A DNA stretch of 64,000 bases from Euglena gracilis (Eukaryota), in assembly GCA_039621445.1 (NCBI GenBank), contig CP154954.1, positions 49,021,847 through 49,085,846 of the forward strand. Direction: 5' to 3'. The notes below the pieces were generated by a model that did not search any database, was not told the origin of the DNA, and saw only the letters and a program-made list of their open reading frames with translations. Below, one piece after another: positions 24,842 through 37,545 of the stretch. A program made the position numbers and the translations under genes. Positions within the stretch are counted from its first letter, which is position 1. Each line of letters opens with the position of its first letter.

Positions 24842-24900
24842 TGCACCGCGCCGGACAGCAGCTGGTAGTCCGAGAGGTCCGGGTGGGGGAACCGGCACCG
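24842..24900 (-). CDS. Paralogue C, 59-nt exon (end of zinc finger 1 plus linker)
   Basis: RCRFPHPDLSDYQLLSGAVQ; near-identical in paralogues A and B. Confidence 0.88.
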
Positions 24901-25470
24901 GGGGGACTGCCCCCGCCTCTGCCCAACCTCACACCCCCCCCCCCCAGGCACTTGGCCCGGGCCATGACTGAAAATCCAACTTTGCGGAGCCAAGTTCGCA
25001 TTTTAAGATTTTTTTGCAGGCCTGGGCATGATTGAAGGGAAGGCCAGGGGCCAACCTTTCGGCGCTAAACTTGCTGATGTTGAGAATTCTGGCGGCCATA
25101 TGGGCAAAGGCCGAACAGGGGCAGGCAAATGCCACTGGCACATTTACACAATTTCCCCCCCTTAATGTTCAAGGGTCAAATGTGGCATGTTTTCCTTCAA
25201 CATTTGACACATTTTTTCAAGTCCCCCTGCGCTTGCCCCCCCCCTGACTTTCATGCTATTTGTCCCTCTAACAGTTGGCCAGCAAGGGAGAACTCATTGG
25301 ACGAATGGGTTGTTGGTAAAAGCTCTATTCAAAACGGGGTTTTCAACGAAGATGGCAAACAACTGAAAGAACGCAAATGCACTGGGTTGATGAGCAAAAT
25401 GACCTGGGGCCAGAGAGAGAGAGAGGCAGATAGACAGAGAGAGAGTGAGAGAGAGAGGGAGAGAGGGAGA

Positions 25471-25504
<34 letters not shown>

Positions 25505-25677
25505 CAACTTCCCCTCCCCCTTTAATGGACACTGAAAGGACAACACGAGACATCATTGGGCGTGTGTTGTATGGCAGTTGTGTTGCTGAAAGGTGGCAAA
25601 CTAGACGGTCCTGACACCCGGTTCTTTAGACATGGGGGGGGGGTCTTAGGAAAGCCTGGCCAGGCGGGGGCAGGCTG
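24901..25677 (-). other. Shared non-GT-AG intron in zinc finger 1, paralogue C (777 nt)
   Basis: Ends pair CTGCCCCCGCCT / AGGCGGGGGCAG. Removal gives CLDYLKGRCVRRRCRFPH. Exact junction inferred. Confidence 0.75.
25411..25504. repeat. (GA)n microsatellite
   Basis: Direct inspection. Confidence 0.95.
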
Positions 25678-25850
25678 GCGACGCACGCAGCGGCCCTTCA
25701 GGTAGTCGAGGCACACGCGGGGGGGGCTGGCTTCGGCCTGGGCTGGCTTGGCCCGGTTGGCCGCGCGGGGCTGGGGGCCGCTGCCCCGCAGCACGCCGTC
25801 AGCGGGGGCCATCGTGGGGGAGGAGGACGAGTCGGACTGCATTTCTGGGG
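25678..25850 (-). CDS. Paralogue C, exon with first half of CCCH zinc finger 1
   Basis: ...AKPAQAEASPPRVCLDYLKGRCVRR; upstream boundary approximate. Confidence 0.82.
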
Positions 25851-26136
25851 AGGGGCCGGGGCAACCACCGCCCTGTACAGAGGTGGTCAACTTGCCCCCC
25901 CCCCCGTTCAGCGGGCGGAGCCGTGTGTGCAGTGTCTGTACCCCCCCTTGTCCAAGAGGTGCCAATGCTCAGGGAATGTGTCGTTGACACAGGCGGGTGG
26001 ACAACGGCATGGTGTGTTCAAAATGCCGTCACGGAGGACGTGTCAACAACACGGTGTGTTCGGGCAGGGGGGGGGGGCATCTCGCATCACCCGATGCTGG
26101 TGGCAATGAGAACTTAGGCGGCGCATCTCGCACTTA

Positions 26137-26308
26137 CCCCCCCCCCCTTGTCGTACGACCGGGTTCCTGCAACCTGTGACTGGGGGGGGGGGTGGTCATA
26201 AATGAGGGGGCGGTTGTAGGTAAGGTGGTGTTAAATTTTTCGCAACCTGCAACCTGTGACCGGGGGGTGGTCATAAATGAGGGGTGGTCGTACGACTAGG
26301 GGGGGGGG
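26137..26308. mobile_element. TA-flanked MITE, family C (GTCGTACGACC / CCTGCAACCTGTGAC)
   Basis: TA|C(n)TTGTCGTACGACC...GGTCGTACGACTAG(n)|TA; relatives at ~28101-28520, ~47861-48115 and ~61371-61488. Confidence 0.85.
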
Positions 26309-26534
26309 TAAGCGTTTTTGGTCGATGTTCGCATTTTCGCAAACCAACCGTAAACCACTTTGAGCACCAGAGTTACAAGGTGTGAGAGAGAGAGAGGCAG
26401 CAGGATTCAACAAAATACCTCCCCCCCCCAGGCACTTGGCCCGGGCCAGGATTAAGGGAAAGGAAAGGGGGCCAACCTTAGGGGGGCCAAGTTTGTATGT
26501 AAGAAGGAGGGGGCCCAAGTGCCCGGGGGGGAGT

Positions 26535-27042
26535 CAGGGTTGTATGGGAATCTCTGGGGGGGGACCCCCTTCCAAAACTAGGGGGGGGGGACCCCCTCCT
26601 ACCTCCATTTTTCGGTCGCCGAAAAATCCGGCCATTTTTGGGGGGGGGTCCAAAAAGCAATTTTTCTGAAATTTCCTGAAAATGATGGGGAATCAGAGGA
26701 AATGTCAAAAGATCAAATTGAAGCCCTTAAAATGCCCCATCTAACAGAGTTTTGATTACCACTCAACTCCCCACCAGTCCCGAGTTACGGCCATTTTTTT
26801 TGTCCATTTTGCCAAAATTTCATGTTATGCCTCAAAAAAGTACAAAAATACACACCCGGCGCGAAGCGCCGGAATTTTTTTTTTTGCTCCCGCAGAGGAG
26901 GGGAAGGGGGGTGGGCGGGGACCCCCCCTTCCGAAACTAGGGGGGGGTGGGGGGACCCCCCCCCTACCACCTTACCCCCCTACGGGGGGACCCCCCCCCC
27001 TACCACCTACCTCATGTCTGCGGAGCTTCCCATACAACCCTG
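26535..27042. mobile_element. hAT-type MITE
   Basis: TIR CAGGGTTGTATGGGAA; perfect 8-bp TSD GGGGGAGT; central GGCGCGAAGCGCC; related left end at 24040. Confidence 0.92.
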
Positions 27043-30000
27043 GGGGGAGTACGAGCGGTTTTTTGTTTTGGGGATCCTGGGAATTATTTTTTTGCTGATT
27101 GTTTGGAGTCGGAATGACACGAAAAACCCCGGACCTATCCCCCCAAAATGAAAAAAAGACCGACAAAAACACCAAAACCCCGGAACCGCCACCCCCCATT
27201 CCCTGTGTGAATACTGCCACCGCCAGATGGTGCTCTGGAGGTGGGGTGGCAGGTCCAGCCCTCTTGCTTTCTGAAGTTTTGCGGCACGTTGTGGAGGTTT
27301 TTGAAGTTGGTTTCAAAAAGGAGCGGAAATGCACATGCCACATAAAGAATGGAGTGTTCGAGAATTCTGCCACTGGGGGTTGATGAGGGGATGCAAAACA
27401 CAGGAAGACTGCTACCGATTACTAGTTGAGTTCAGTGGCAAGTTGTACATCAATGCCCCACTGAGGTTTAAGGCATGCCCCACTGATGTTTAAGGCTCCG
27501 TGGCACCCACACAAAATGACCGAAAAATCGCGAAAAGTGCTAAAATAGCACTTTTTCGGCGCCGAAAAATATATCCCACCCCCCTCCGGGGGACCCCCCC
27601 CAGGGGGGGGCTCGGCCGGACCCACCCACCCTACCCCCCCCCTCCCCCCCGGGGGTCCGCGACTAAAAAAACCCCCTGGTAACAACACTAATATTACCTC
27701 CCTTGTACTCATGTGGTATTGGACCCCCTCTGTTGAATGCTGCTGGTATGTTTGGGCGGTTGGTGTGCGCAAATGCGCACATCAACCATTAAAATGGTTG
27801 CTTTTCACAATTGTGCCAAGCCAATCAGTCACTTTACCCCCCCCCCCCGGGGGTCGGCCACTCAGGAAAACCAGTTCCTTTTTGACCTTTCAAGGCCATT
27901 TTTGGCCAAAATTTTCTCCAGCGCCTTCGGCGCCGGTTGGCCACTCAGCCACTTTTGGGTGATTTCGGGCCTACCCCACCCCCCCCCGGGGGGGGGGTCA
28001 CGGCCAAAAAACCAGTCAGTCACTCCGAAAAAACCAGTCAGTCACCCCCGGGGGGGGGGGACAGGTGTTAAGCAATGGTCTGGTTTCTAAATTAAAATTA
28101 CCCCCCCCCCCTGTCGTACGACCGGGTACCTGCAACCTGCGACCGGGGGGGGGGGTCATTAGACCCGCCCTAACCTGCAACCTGCAACCGGGGGGTGGTC
28201 GTTGTTCACAGCATTGACCGATACCAAAGGGGACCCGAACTACCGTCATGGGTGCTGCACACAGCAACAGCAAAGCAAGCAGCATGAGAATATGGGAGGG
28301 AAGTTGCCCTGACACCGGCAGCGGGGACATAGAAAATGGCTGGAAAAAGCGGCAAACATGGATGCATCTTCATGCAACCTCAAAAAAACCAGCCTCTCTT
28401 TTTGGTCCTGACCTGCAACCTGCGACCGGGGGGGGGGGGGCGTTAGACCCCCTAACCTGCAATCTGCAACCAGGGGGGGGGGGGTCGCTATAGTGGGGTG
28501 GTCGTACGACAAGGGGGGGAGGGCATGTAAAGGTATCTTTACTCCCAAATGACCCTTTTCAAATATGATGATGATTTTTTTTACCAACAATGATGTTGCC
28601 AATGATGCCACTTTTACCAAAATTTTGAAAGAAAAAATCTAATCACGGCAACACATGCTCGAACTGGCAAAGCACGTTGTCTGCCAGTATGCCACGCATG
28701 TTGGCACAGTCGTTTTGCCCAGTTGCATGAGCTTATGATTCATTATGCAACTGAAAAGGCAGAATTTATTTGAAAAAGTGATGCAACTTCAGGATACCTG
28801 GAGATTCTGGTAAAAGGGCAATCCCCATGCGATCGCCCTGAAATAAATCCTTGCAAAGATTGGGAGGTCAAAATACGCAAAAAAAATGCAAAAATGCACA
28901 GTTTCCCAGAAGTTTCATTCAAAAAAAGCAAATTTTCAAGATTCTGGTTCATGGATAATTGCAAATTATGTCTTGGCTCCAGCCGCAAAAAAAATGCAGG
29001 GCAGGCAAAAGAAGGGCCGAGGAAAGCATGCGCTGCGGTCCCAATTGTTGTCACCATCGTGGGGTGGACGTAGCTGGCACACCCTGCTGCCAGCCGCAGA
29101 CAGGCCGAATTCCATCCTTGGGGCGAGTCCATATGCCCGGTCAAAAATTATAGCCCGGTGAAAAGTGCCTGGGCCAAATGCCAAATGGCACGGGCATTCC
29201 TTGCCATTCAGCACTTCCCCGAGCGGAATTCGGACCTTGCTGATTCTCCCGCCTGCCTGGGGGGAGGTCCGCCTTAGAATTCAGTCTGGCCGCGTAGGGG
29301 CTCACACATGCCTCTGTGCCTCTTGCAGGCCGGCGGCCAGCAAGGTCCAGCAAAGGTGGGTTGAGGGCATGAACGGGGTCAACGCCCACAGGGCTCCAGT
29401 GGGGGGAACGAAACCGCGGCATCCCTGCCGGAGCCACAGCCGCGGCCGTAGCCCAGCAGGGATGCTCAGCGCCACTCGGCAACGCCAAGGGTGCGGGAAA
29501 GGGAAAGGGTCGCTCAGGGCTCGGAGGGGGGGGGTGGGCAGCCACACAGCTGCGGAAGGGAAGGCGCAACCAGAGAGGGCAAACCACTCCATTGCCAGCC
29601 CACCACTGGGTATGCGGCCGTGTGAATCGCGGGCTCGGTCGGAAGTTTGTGCCTTGGAGTGCCTGCCCAGGCAGGCACCCCCCCCCCTCCGGGGTGGGGT
29701 CGGCACCACCTGAAAAAAAAAAACAGCCTGGTGAGCACTGCGTGCACTGTGTGCATGAAGTGGAACATTCATTTTTGGCAGGAATGCTCTGAATCTGCGA
29801 ATTGAAACGCACCAAAACAAGCATGAATCCAGCTGGGTTGCAAATATTAACCAAAAAAATTACTTTGGGTCATTTTGACCCCCATTTCAATTTTCGGTTC
29901 AATCCTCAGAGGGAGGCCTGGCTGGGAGCTGCTGGTTGAAGGTCAAAAAGGGGTGCTGGTTGGCAGGGCTGGCTGGATGGAAGCAATCTTCCAAGATAGA

Positions 30001-30717
30001 AGCAGCCACCAGGAAAGAAAGTGGGCTATGGCGCACACAGGCACGGCAGGTTGGCGTCAAAAGACTCGTTTGCTGGTGTGCGCTGCAAGACGAACCTCCT
30101 CTCTGATGGTTGGATGAGCGGAGGGACGAGCGGCAAGAGGGGGCCGAGGCGGATTTGGCCGGCCTCGGAGGAAAGAACGGCCGAATGCGGCCTCCGGTGC
30201 AGCGGCATTGTTCCTTCGGTTGGAATTCATGGGACTGTCGACTAGGATTTCCACAAGCCAAATTTGGATTATGCAGTCCAGCCCCCCCCCCCGGGGGGGG
30301 TACTGCGAACCCTTGAGGAGAAGCCTGTAGCCAGATAACGCAGTGAATCTTCAACCTGAGTCCTCATCGGGGGGGTCTGTTGGCTGGGCTAGCTTGTGGG
30401 GAAAAAAATTCCAGTGATTTGTAAGACCCCCAGAACTGGCCAAAAAAATGCCCATTTTTGGCCAGCTTTGGGATTTTTTTGGAACAAAACCAGCCAAAAA
30501 TGCACTAAAATCAGTTCCTCCTCGGAGCCAGCGCTGGAGGAATTCCAGTCGGGGCCCCCGGACCCCCAAAACTTTTAAGGCACTTTTTTTAAAAGGTGTT
30601 TTAAGGCGCCTTAAAAAATACCCCCTGCCAGCCTGGGCTTCAATGGGGGAACTGTCAAACAGATGTATGGGGACAAATTCCGGGAATGGATTCCAATAAA
30701 ACCCAATCCCCAAATGA

Positions 30718-30908
<191 letters not shown>

Positions 30909-32849
30909 CCCCACTGAGGGTCCGACTTCGTTAATGCACCCCCCAACAACACCCCCCAACAACACAAATGTCACAGAGGCCTGTGCAGTTCTTCCACCTC
31001 CCCCGCACTGAAATCCAAGGGACCTATTTCTTTGTTATGATTGCCAATGTCGGATTGGGACAAGATGTAAGGTGTCATTAGTAGAAAAACCATCCTGGAT
31101 ACGGGTAAACCCCCACCCCCAGGGCAGGAGTGAGTGGTGGTTTTGCGGGGGGGGGGGGTCAGACCCCTCCTTCGGAGCGAGGGCCCAGGGGGAGGGGGGG
31201 TCCGAGAACCCCTCTCATTCAATACCCTGCCCCCCGGGGTGCTAGTTTTTTTGCCCGAAGTCCCATCCAGGGGGGGGGATTAACAACTGAATTTTTGCCG
31301 AAAAACAGCCAAAAAACTTGAGGTTGGAAAAGGTTCAAAAATAGCAATACCACAGATTTGAGATGAAGAATCCTTGAACACCTCTTGTGCATTTGACCAA
31401 CGTGAATATCTCAATAAAGCGTGAAGTGTCCAAAACCGATGAAGCTGATTTCTTTATTTGTCCCACCAACCCTGCAAAACATCATCTCCAAACCTGACGT
31501 TGCGAACGTATCTGCATGCATATGCCTGTGATGCCCATACAAATCACAAACCGCAAACACCAGGTCATCCCAAACGCGGTTTTAGTGGCACGCACTTGAG
31601 CATTAATGTATAGCACTCCTCAGAAAATTTTTTTGCAGCCCTTTGATGTCAACGTTGCAGAGAAAAGCCAACACAGATCAGTCTAAACAAATCCCCCCCC
31701 TCCTCTGTGACAACTCCGCCTCACTCTGTGTGGCGTGCAACTGCCAGCGTCGACGGAGTACCTCAGTTCTGACGCACCACTGCCCCATCCCTTTGTCCGC
31801 GTCCTCGTGCCCCCTCCCCTCCCCTGCAGTCGTCAGTCATCCAGCGGAGGTCATCCCTGTTGACGGTCCAGGCAAGCCACAATGCATGGGGGCCGGCCGG
31901 GATGAAGGGTGCGGCGTTGGAGCCACCGGCTTAGGCTACAGCGGAACCAACGCGCGCTGCCGGCCCAACGAACCGACAGCCTCCCCCAACCCCCAATGCA
32001 CCGGCCAGCGCTGCCCTGACCCTCCACATCAAACAGGAGCACAATAGCCCAGGCCAATGAATAAAACCAATGAACTCCTGGCGGTCACAAAGCGGTCGGG
32101 GGGGGGGGGTGGCTTTTGAGTCGGTTTCAGGAAAACTAATCTCAAGAACCAAAGGGATTTGACAAAAACTTTGCATTTTGAGGAGGACTTCCCCAAGACA
32201 GAAGGTTTTTGGGATTCTTTTCAAGAAAGGTCCTTTCTGAATTTTTTGGGCCAAGAAATGGGAATGACCAACTTCTCAAGTGGACTTGCCAACTTGTTAC
32301 GCAGGCCAAATGGTATGAGCAACTTCCCAACGGGAACGCGCAAGCACGCAGGTGAGGAATTTTCCTTTGTCGCTACTTGGGCTACACCACCTGAAAGAAG
32401 CTCTTGTGTCTGCATTTCTGTATTAATGGGGAAATCCATCAAGGCAGCCTTGGGACAAAAATGTGGAATGGGGAGGCAAACTGAGAAAGGAAACACCACA
32501 GGTTCGTGAGGCTTGCCTGAAGGGACCGGCACTCGAGCCATGATGCAGCTTGTTCTGGGTGGCAAGAACCATGCACGATGCACAAACACTGGTTGAAAGC
32601 AACAGGGTCGTCCCGTTCACGCTTATTTCAAATAGGAAAAAAATTTAAAAAAAATGTTCAAATTATTACAAAAAATATTGGTCAGAATACCTTAGCATGC
32701 CTTAAAAACCAACATGCAAAAAAAATCCTAAAAGAACTTTTTCCATCATGCCAGACAAATTGCTGGAAAAACCCCTTCTGCCATGTCGGTCCCTTGGACT
32801 TCTCATCTTCCTTCTGGACTTCTCATCAAACAGCGTGCATTTATGGGGC

Positions 32850-32980
32850 GACGTTCAGGGCCCGCAGCATGTCCAGCAGGGGGTGGGGGTCCTCCAGTTC
32901 AGCGGACGGGACGGGGTCAGTGGGAGAGGGCAGGGAACAGCCCCGGAGGGCGTGGCGGGCTTGGCGGCAGCGGCCTCGGT
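32850..32980 (-). CDS. Paralogue A, uninterrupted LLDMLRALNV exon (function unknown)
   Basis: RGRCRQARHALRGCSLPSPTDPVPSAELEDPHPLLDMLRALNV. Differences from 46476-46610 include five synonymous third-position changes in this frame. Confidence 0.8.
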
Positions 32981-33229
32981 CTCTCAGGCAGGAAAAACTT
33001 GTGGTTGAGACACATTGAGCACGTGCTGTTCCAATATCATTGGTCTGGTTCAAACATGGGATGTGGTGAACACCACAATACCTGTCTAAATGAAGTGTTC
33101 TCTGTTACAAAACAACTGGGGGCTTTCGCAATCCTTGACCAGCTGACAATCATATGGGACAATGCCCGCTCAGCCATGCTGTGAAATTATCGCCACAAAA
33201 CAGACACGGGGGGGGGGGGAGGGGGTCGG

Positions 33230-33440
33230 CGACCACTTGGGCTGGCTTGGCGAGGCTGAGGAGGCAACTGGGCTGGAGAGGTCCGCCTCCAGCGCCGCCC
33301 ACGCTGGCTGGGCGGGGGTGTCGCTCAATGGGGGCTGCGAGGCGGTGGGCTGGTCGGCCTGTGGGGCGCCGGCAGAGCCCCGGGGGTTGAATGGGGCGGC
33401 AGTGGGACGCAGGCGGAACGGGATGACATGGGCCGGGGCG
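33230..33440 (-). CDS. Paralogue A, probable Pro/Ala-rich exon
   Basis: PAHVIPF...AALEADLSSPVA is homologous to PAHTFPF...AALEADLSSPAA at ~46810-47015; boundaries approximate. Confidence 0.6.
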
Positions 33441-33856
33441 AGGGGTTGGGGGAGGGGGGGGTGGGGGTGTGCTGGAAACAGTTTGGGGGGAAACAAACAA
33501 ATCAGAAACCGCTCACATTAATTAACTACCGCTCGCCGGTGTCTAAGCACCGGAAAACGTGGGCATGAACCGGGACATGGTGTGGGCAGAAAAGGACCTT
33601 CAATGAAAAAAAAAAAAATTGGCACGCTGAAAAAGAAAGAAATGCTCAGGAACCTCTGCTCAACTTGAGGGCATTGGGTGGCAAAAATCAACAACATCTC
33701 ACCAAAATGAGCTTCAGAAAAATTTGGAATATCAAAACCTGACCCAGCTGACCCACCCTCGGCTGGAACTGGGCCCAACTGGGCCTCTTTCACCCCCTCA
33801 CTTGTACTTGAAAAAAAAAATACGGGGAAAATGCAATTGACGCAGAGTGTGTGTAA

Positions 33857-33883
33857 GAGGGGTTTTTTAAAGACCGGGGGGTC

Positions 33884-33918
<35 letters not shown>

Positions 33919-34096
33919 GGGGGGGGGGGGGGTCCCAGGGGACCCACTCAAAAATTGCGAAAAATTGCAAAAATAGCACCTTTTCAAAAATTTTCAGCGC
34001 CGAAAAGTATATCCCACTCCCCCGGGGAGAGAGGGGGGGGCTCGGCCAGACCCACCCACCCACCCCCCCGGGGGTCCACAACTAAAAAAACCCCTG
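33857..34096. mobile_element. hAT-type MITE with very long C/G homopolymer
   Basis: TIR (C/G)AGGGGTTTTTT; perfect 8-bp TSD GTGTGTAA; related right end at ~27520-27679. Confidence 0.88.
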
Positions 34097-36473
34097 GTGT
34101 GTAATGAACCATGGGACAGAGGGCATTTTGGGTACTGGAAAAATGCGGTTGGCAGCGCTGTACGGGAAAATGTGGTGGCATGGGGTGGTCAACTCCGCAT
34201 GTGAGAGGTGGGGGTCGACCATACCATTGCTTACCGACCACTTTCAACTTTCAAAAAATCAGTCAGTCACTTTTCAAAAACCAGTTGCCCACTCCCCCCC
34301 CCAGGGGGGGTCGGTCACTATGGCCACTCGGCCACTCAAAACCAATGGATTTTGGCCCAAAAACCGAAAAATTTTCCCCGTTGCCTCCAGCGCTGGGTGG
34401 CACTTTCACCAATCCTGACCGACCTCACCCCCAGGGGGTCCTGGCGCCAGAAACCAGTCAATCACTCCGGAAATAAAAAACCAGTCAGTCACCCCCGGGG
34501 GGCGGACACACTTTAACCCCACCCACCGTCGCACCGCCCAAAGAAAAACTCCTTCGTCGCTCAAGGCTCAAGATGCCGAAGGAAAATCGGCGTTCCCGGA
34601 AAATACGGGAAGGGGTGGATGGGGGGTCAGACCCCCCACCCACCAGGATGGTTGACCCCCCGGCCCCTGTTATTTGTGGGAATTCCCGTACAGCCCTGGA
34701 GTTCAACAAATTGAACCCGCTAAAATGCCCCAAAATGCCAATTATCCAAAAAAACAACGAATTTCGACTCCACACTTGCCCCTTCCAGCACTTTTCTGCG
34801 TCATTTCCCCCCATTTTGACTTATTTTTGCACCTCCAGCTCCCTCCCTCTTCCTCTGCGCACCTCCTTTTCCTGCCCAAAAGTGGAGCCCTTCCAGCTAC
34901 CCTCTCCCCCCCCTGGGGAGGGAGGGACCGGCTGCATCAACACCTGCGTGGCGGGGGGGCCACCACTCGGCAGGCGCGTGGGCCACCGGAGACTGCCCCG
35001 CCGCGGTTCCCGTGCCGGTGGCGGGAACCTCCCCGGCCGGGGGGTTCGGGCGCGTCTCACCCCCCGGGGCGACCTGCAAACCTCGTCACAGGCAACGTTG
35101 GACTCTCACCAGTGTCAGGATGACAATGCCAGGGTGATGCGAGGCCAAGCCCACTCTTGCAACATGACAAAGCAGCGAGTGCAGTGCCCGGGGGGGAACA
35201 CGAAAATTAGGGGCACGCGGATAGCCGGTGTGCCATGGCGCCCGTTAAAGTTTTTTTGTCGCCGCACAAACAACTTTGATTTCAGACCGCCTTGGACCAT
35301 TGCCAAAGCAGCCATAACATCAAAAAAAAGTTTTATTGTCCCGTTTTCAAACCCCATTCGAGCCCCGCTCTGACCCTCCGGCCAGAGCCCCGCTCTGGCC
35401 CTCCGGCCCAAGGCCCTCTTCGGGGCGATCCATGACAGGTGGTCCTTTGCAGAAAAACGGACATCCCTTGCGGACCGCCCTGGGAAAACCTCACAGGGTG
35501 TTACAGAATGTTCTAACTTCAAAAAATTCAATCAACTATTTTTTGACGACCAAACCGCAGATGCGCTCCTCCTGGCAATGCATTTCAAAGCTTTTGCAAA
35601 GCGCGCTGAAAATTTTGTGAATTTTAAAGAATGCCACAATATTTTGGACATGACTCAGTGGGTAAGCCTCAGGTGACATTTTCACAGCATGAACAATCAG
35701 TATGGGCCTCGCTGTTGTGGGAAAGGCGGCAACCTCACAGGGGTGACGATTCCGGGCAACAAATTTGAAAATGGGCTTTGTTGAAAATGGAAGGTGAGCA
35801 ATGAAATTACAAAGGAGGTCAGGGTGGACAAAAAGATTTGCACACATCCTGGACCGCACCTGGTAAACGTTTCAGCACAACTTCCAAAAACTTGTCTCTG
35901 CTGAGGGGCTGAGGGCCTATGAAAGGCGGCCAGACGGCCAGGGGTCGAGGGGATGCCGGCGGGGAAGGTTGGGAGATGACGTAGGGGGCAGGGGGGCCCT
36001 GCCATTGTTGGGGGATGAGGAGGGCTGAGGGCTCTGACAGCCAGCCCCACGTTGTTTGTTCTTGGACCTCCCCCTCTCTCGGCCCAGAGGGAGGGCTGAG
36101 GGGGTGGTGCGGTCCATGAGTTTTTTCTGGAGTGTTTTCTCAACAACCCGGGCGGGGGGACCCCAACCCACCCACCAACCCTTATTCAAAACCCACCCAC
36201 CCACGCACCCAAAAACCCACCCAAAATCTGCCAATCATTGAAAAAGATATCGGCCCTGGCTGAGGTGCCCTGAACCATGGCACACCCCACCCCTTAGGGG
36301 GGGGGGGTCCAGCGGCCGCACCCGCCTGCCCAGTCACCCTTGAGAACCCACCAACCCCCACCCCCCAGGGGTGGAACGTCATGCAGGCGTTAGTGAACCT
36401 ATGGTCCGGACTCCTCCCCATGTGCGAACGCTCATCTGGTGCCCTGGTATCGGCAGCCCTCATTGCTTGGGCC

Positions 36474-36626
36474 CCCCTGGCCGGGGTGCAGCTTGCTGCA
36501 CTTCCCGCCGAACTTGCACTGCCCCGTCATGGCCCACACCTCACACACCTGCCGGCCGGCCTGGGCCTGCACCGCCCCGGACAGCTGCCGGTAGTCCGAG
36601 AGGTCCGGGTGGGGGAACCGGCACCG
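36474..36626 (-). CDS. Paralogue A, exon with end of zinc finger 1 and all of zinc finger 2 (uninterrupted)
   Basis: RCRFPHPDLSDYRQLSGAVQAQAGRQVCEVWAMTGQCKFGGKCSKLHPGQG. Confidence 0.92.
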
Positions 36627-37267
36627 GGGAAACTGCCCCCGCCTCCGCCCACGAAGAGAAAGGCAAATGCCAGCATCCCTCACCCTGCCGGCCGTCTTTA
36701 AGCAGCTGCACAGAGGATACGGGTCAGGTGTCACTGCAAGTCTTAACATAAAATGCATTGCCTTTCGGAGTTTCGTGTCTGACAACAGGTTCTCTTTGAC
36801 ATTTCTCCCTGAAAAGAAGCACAAGAACCAAAATGCAAAGTCTGCGGGTTCTTATGGATTTTCCGGCTGCTGAAGGAATGCTGGGAGACCTGGCTGCAGC
36901 GTCGACGTGGGAAGAGAATGGGTCAGAGATTTGTTTAATGACTCTCCCCCCAAAGATTTTTTAGGACCCAGGGGGGGTCTTGTTGGGTGGAATGGGTTCA
37001 TCAAGGGAAAGTACTGAGCAGAAAAATCCCAGAAAGAGTTTCAAAACAAACCCAAATATAATGATGATGCTTGAAAACCAGGGGGTTGGGAGTGCAGGGA
37101 AGGGGATGCAGGGCTGCAAAAAGGCTGCTGGCCGGCTGGACCGCAACACTTTCCCTCCAGCTTGAGCGACGTTTGGGCCTTGGGCCGTAATTACGTTGCA
37201 AAGCGCCGTAAATCATGGCGACAGGAGCAGGGGGTCGGAACAAATACAGCGAGGCGGGGGCCGGTTG
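36627..37267 (-). other. Shared non-GT-AG intron in zinc finger 1, paralogue A (641 nt)
   Basis: Ends pair GCCCCCGCCTC / GAGGCGGGGGC; same position as in paralogues B and C. Confidence 0.75.
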
Positions 37268-37545
37268 CCGCCGCACGCAGCGGCCCTTCAGGTAGTCGAG
37301 GCACACCCGCGGCTTGTCCGGCTTGTCCTCCCGGGGTTGCTGTGGCGGCTTTGCCTCGAAGTATTCACTTGGCCCGTGTGCACACCTCGGGGGGAAACAA
37401 CTGGACTGGGGTGGCCGGCACACCACCGCTAAGTGAAGCCTGGGTCGTGCCCTTCGCCCCGACTAGCTGCATAGGAGTGCCCTCAGCCCTGACGCCTTCG
37501 AGGCCGGCCACGGAGGGGAGGGAGCAGGCCGGGATGCGCATCCTT
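37268..37545 (-). CDS. Paralogue A, exon(s) with first half of zinc finger 1
   Basis: RMRIPA...EAKPPQQPREDKPDKPRVCLDYLKGRCVRR. A frame change near 37370-37420 may be a small intron, a homopolymer error or decay. Confidence 0.75.

Noticed and set aside
23952-25658. One element bounded by CAGGCTTTC(T/C)TAAG ends capturing the 59-nt exon
   Set aside because: No matching TSD, and the exon is collinear with the other paralogues; more likely remnants of two separate elements.
33000-33184. Tc1/IS630 transposase fragment (IIWDNAR)
   Set aside because: A single short motif lacking the expected His and the other catalytic motifs.
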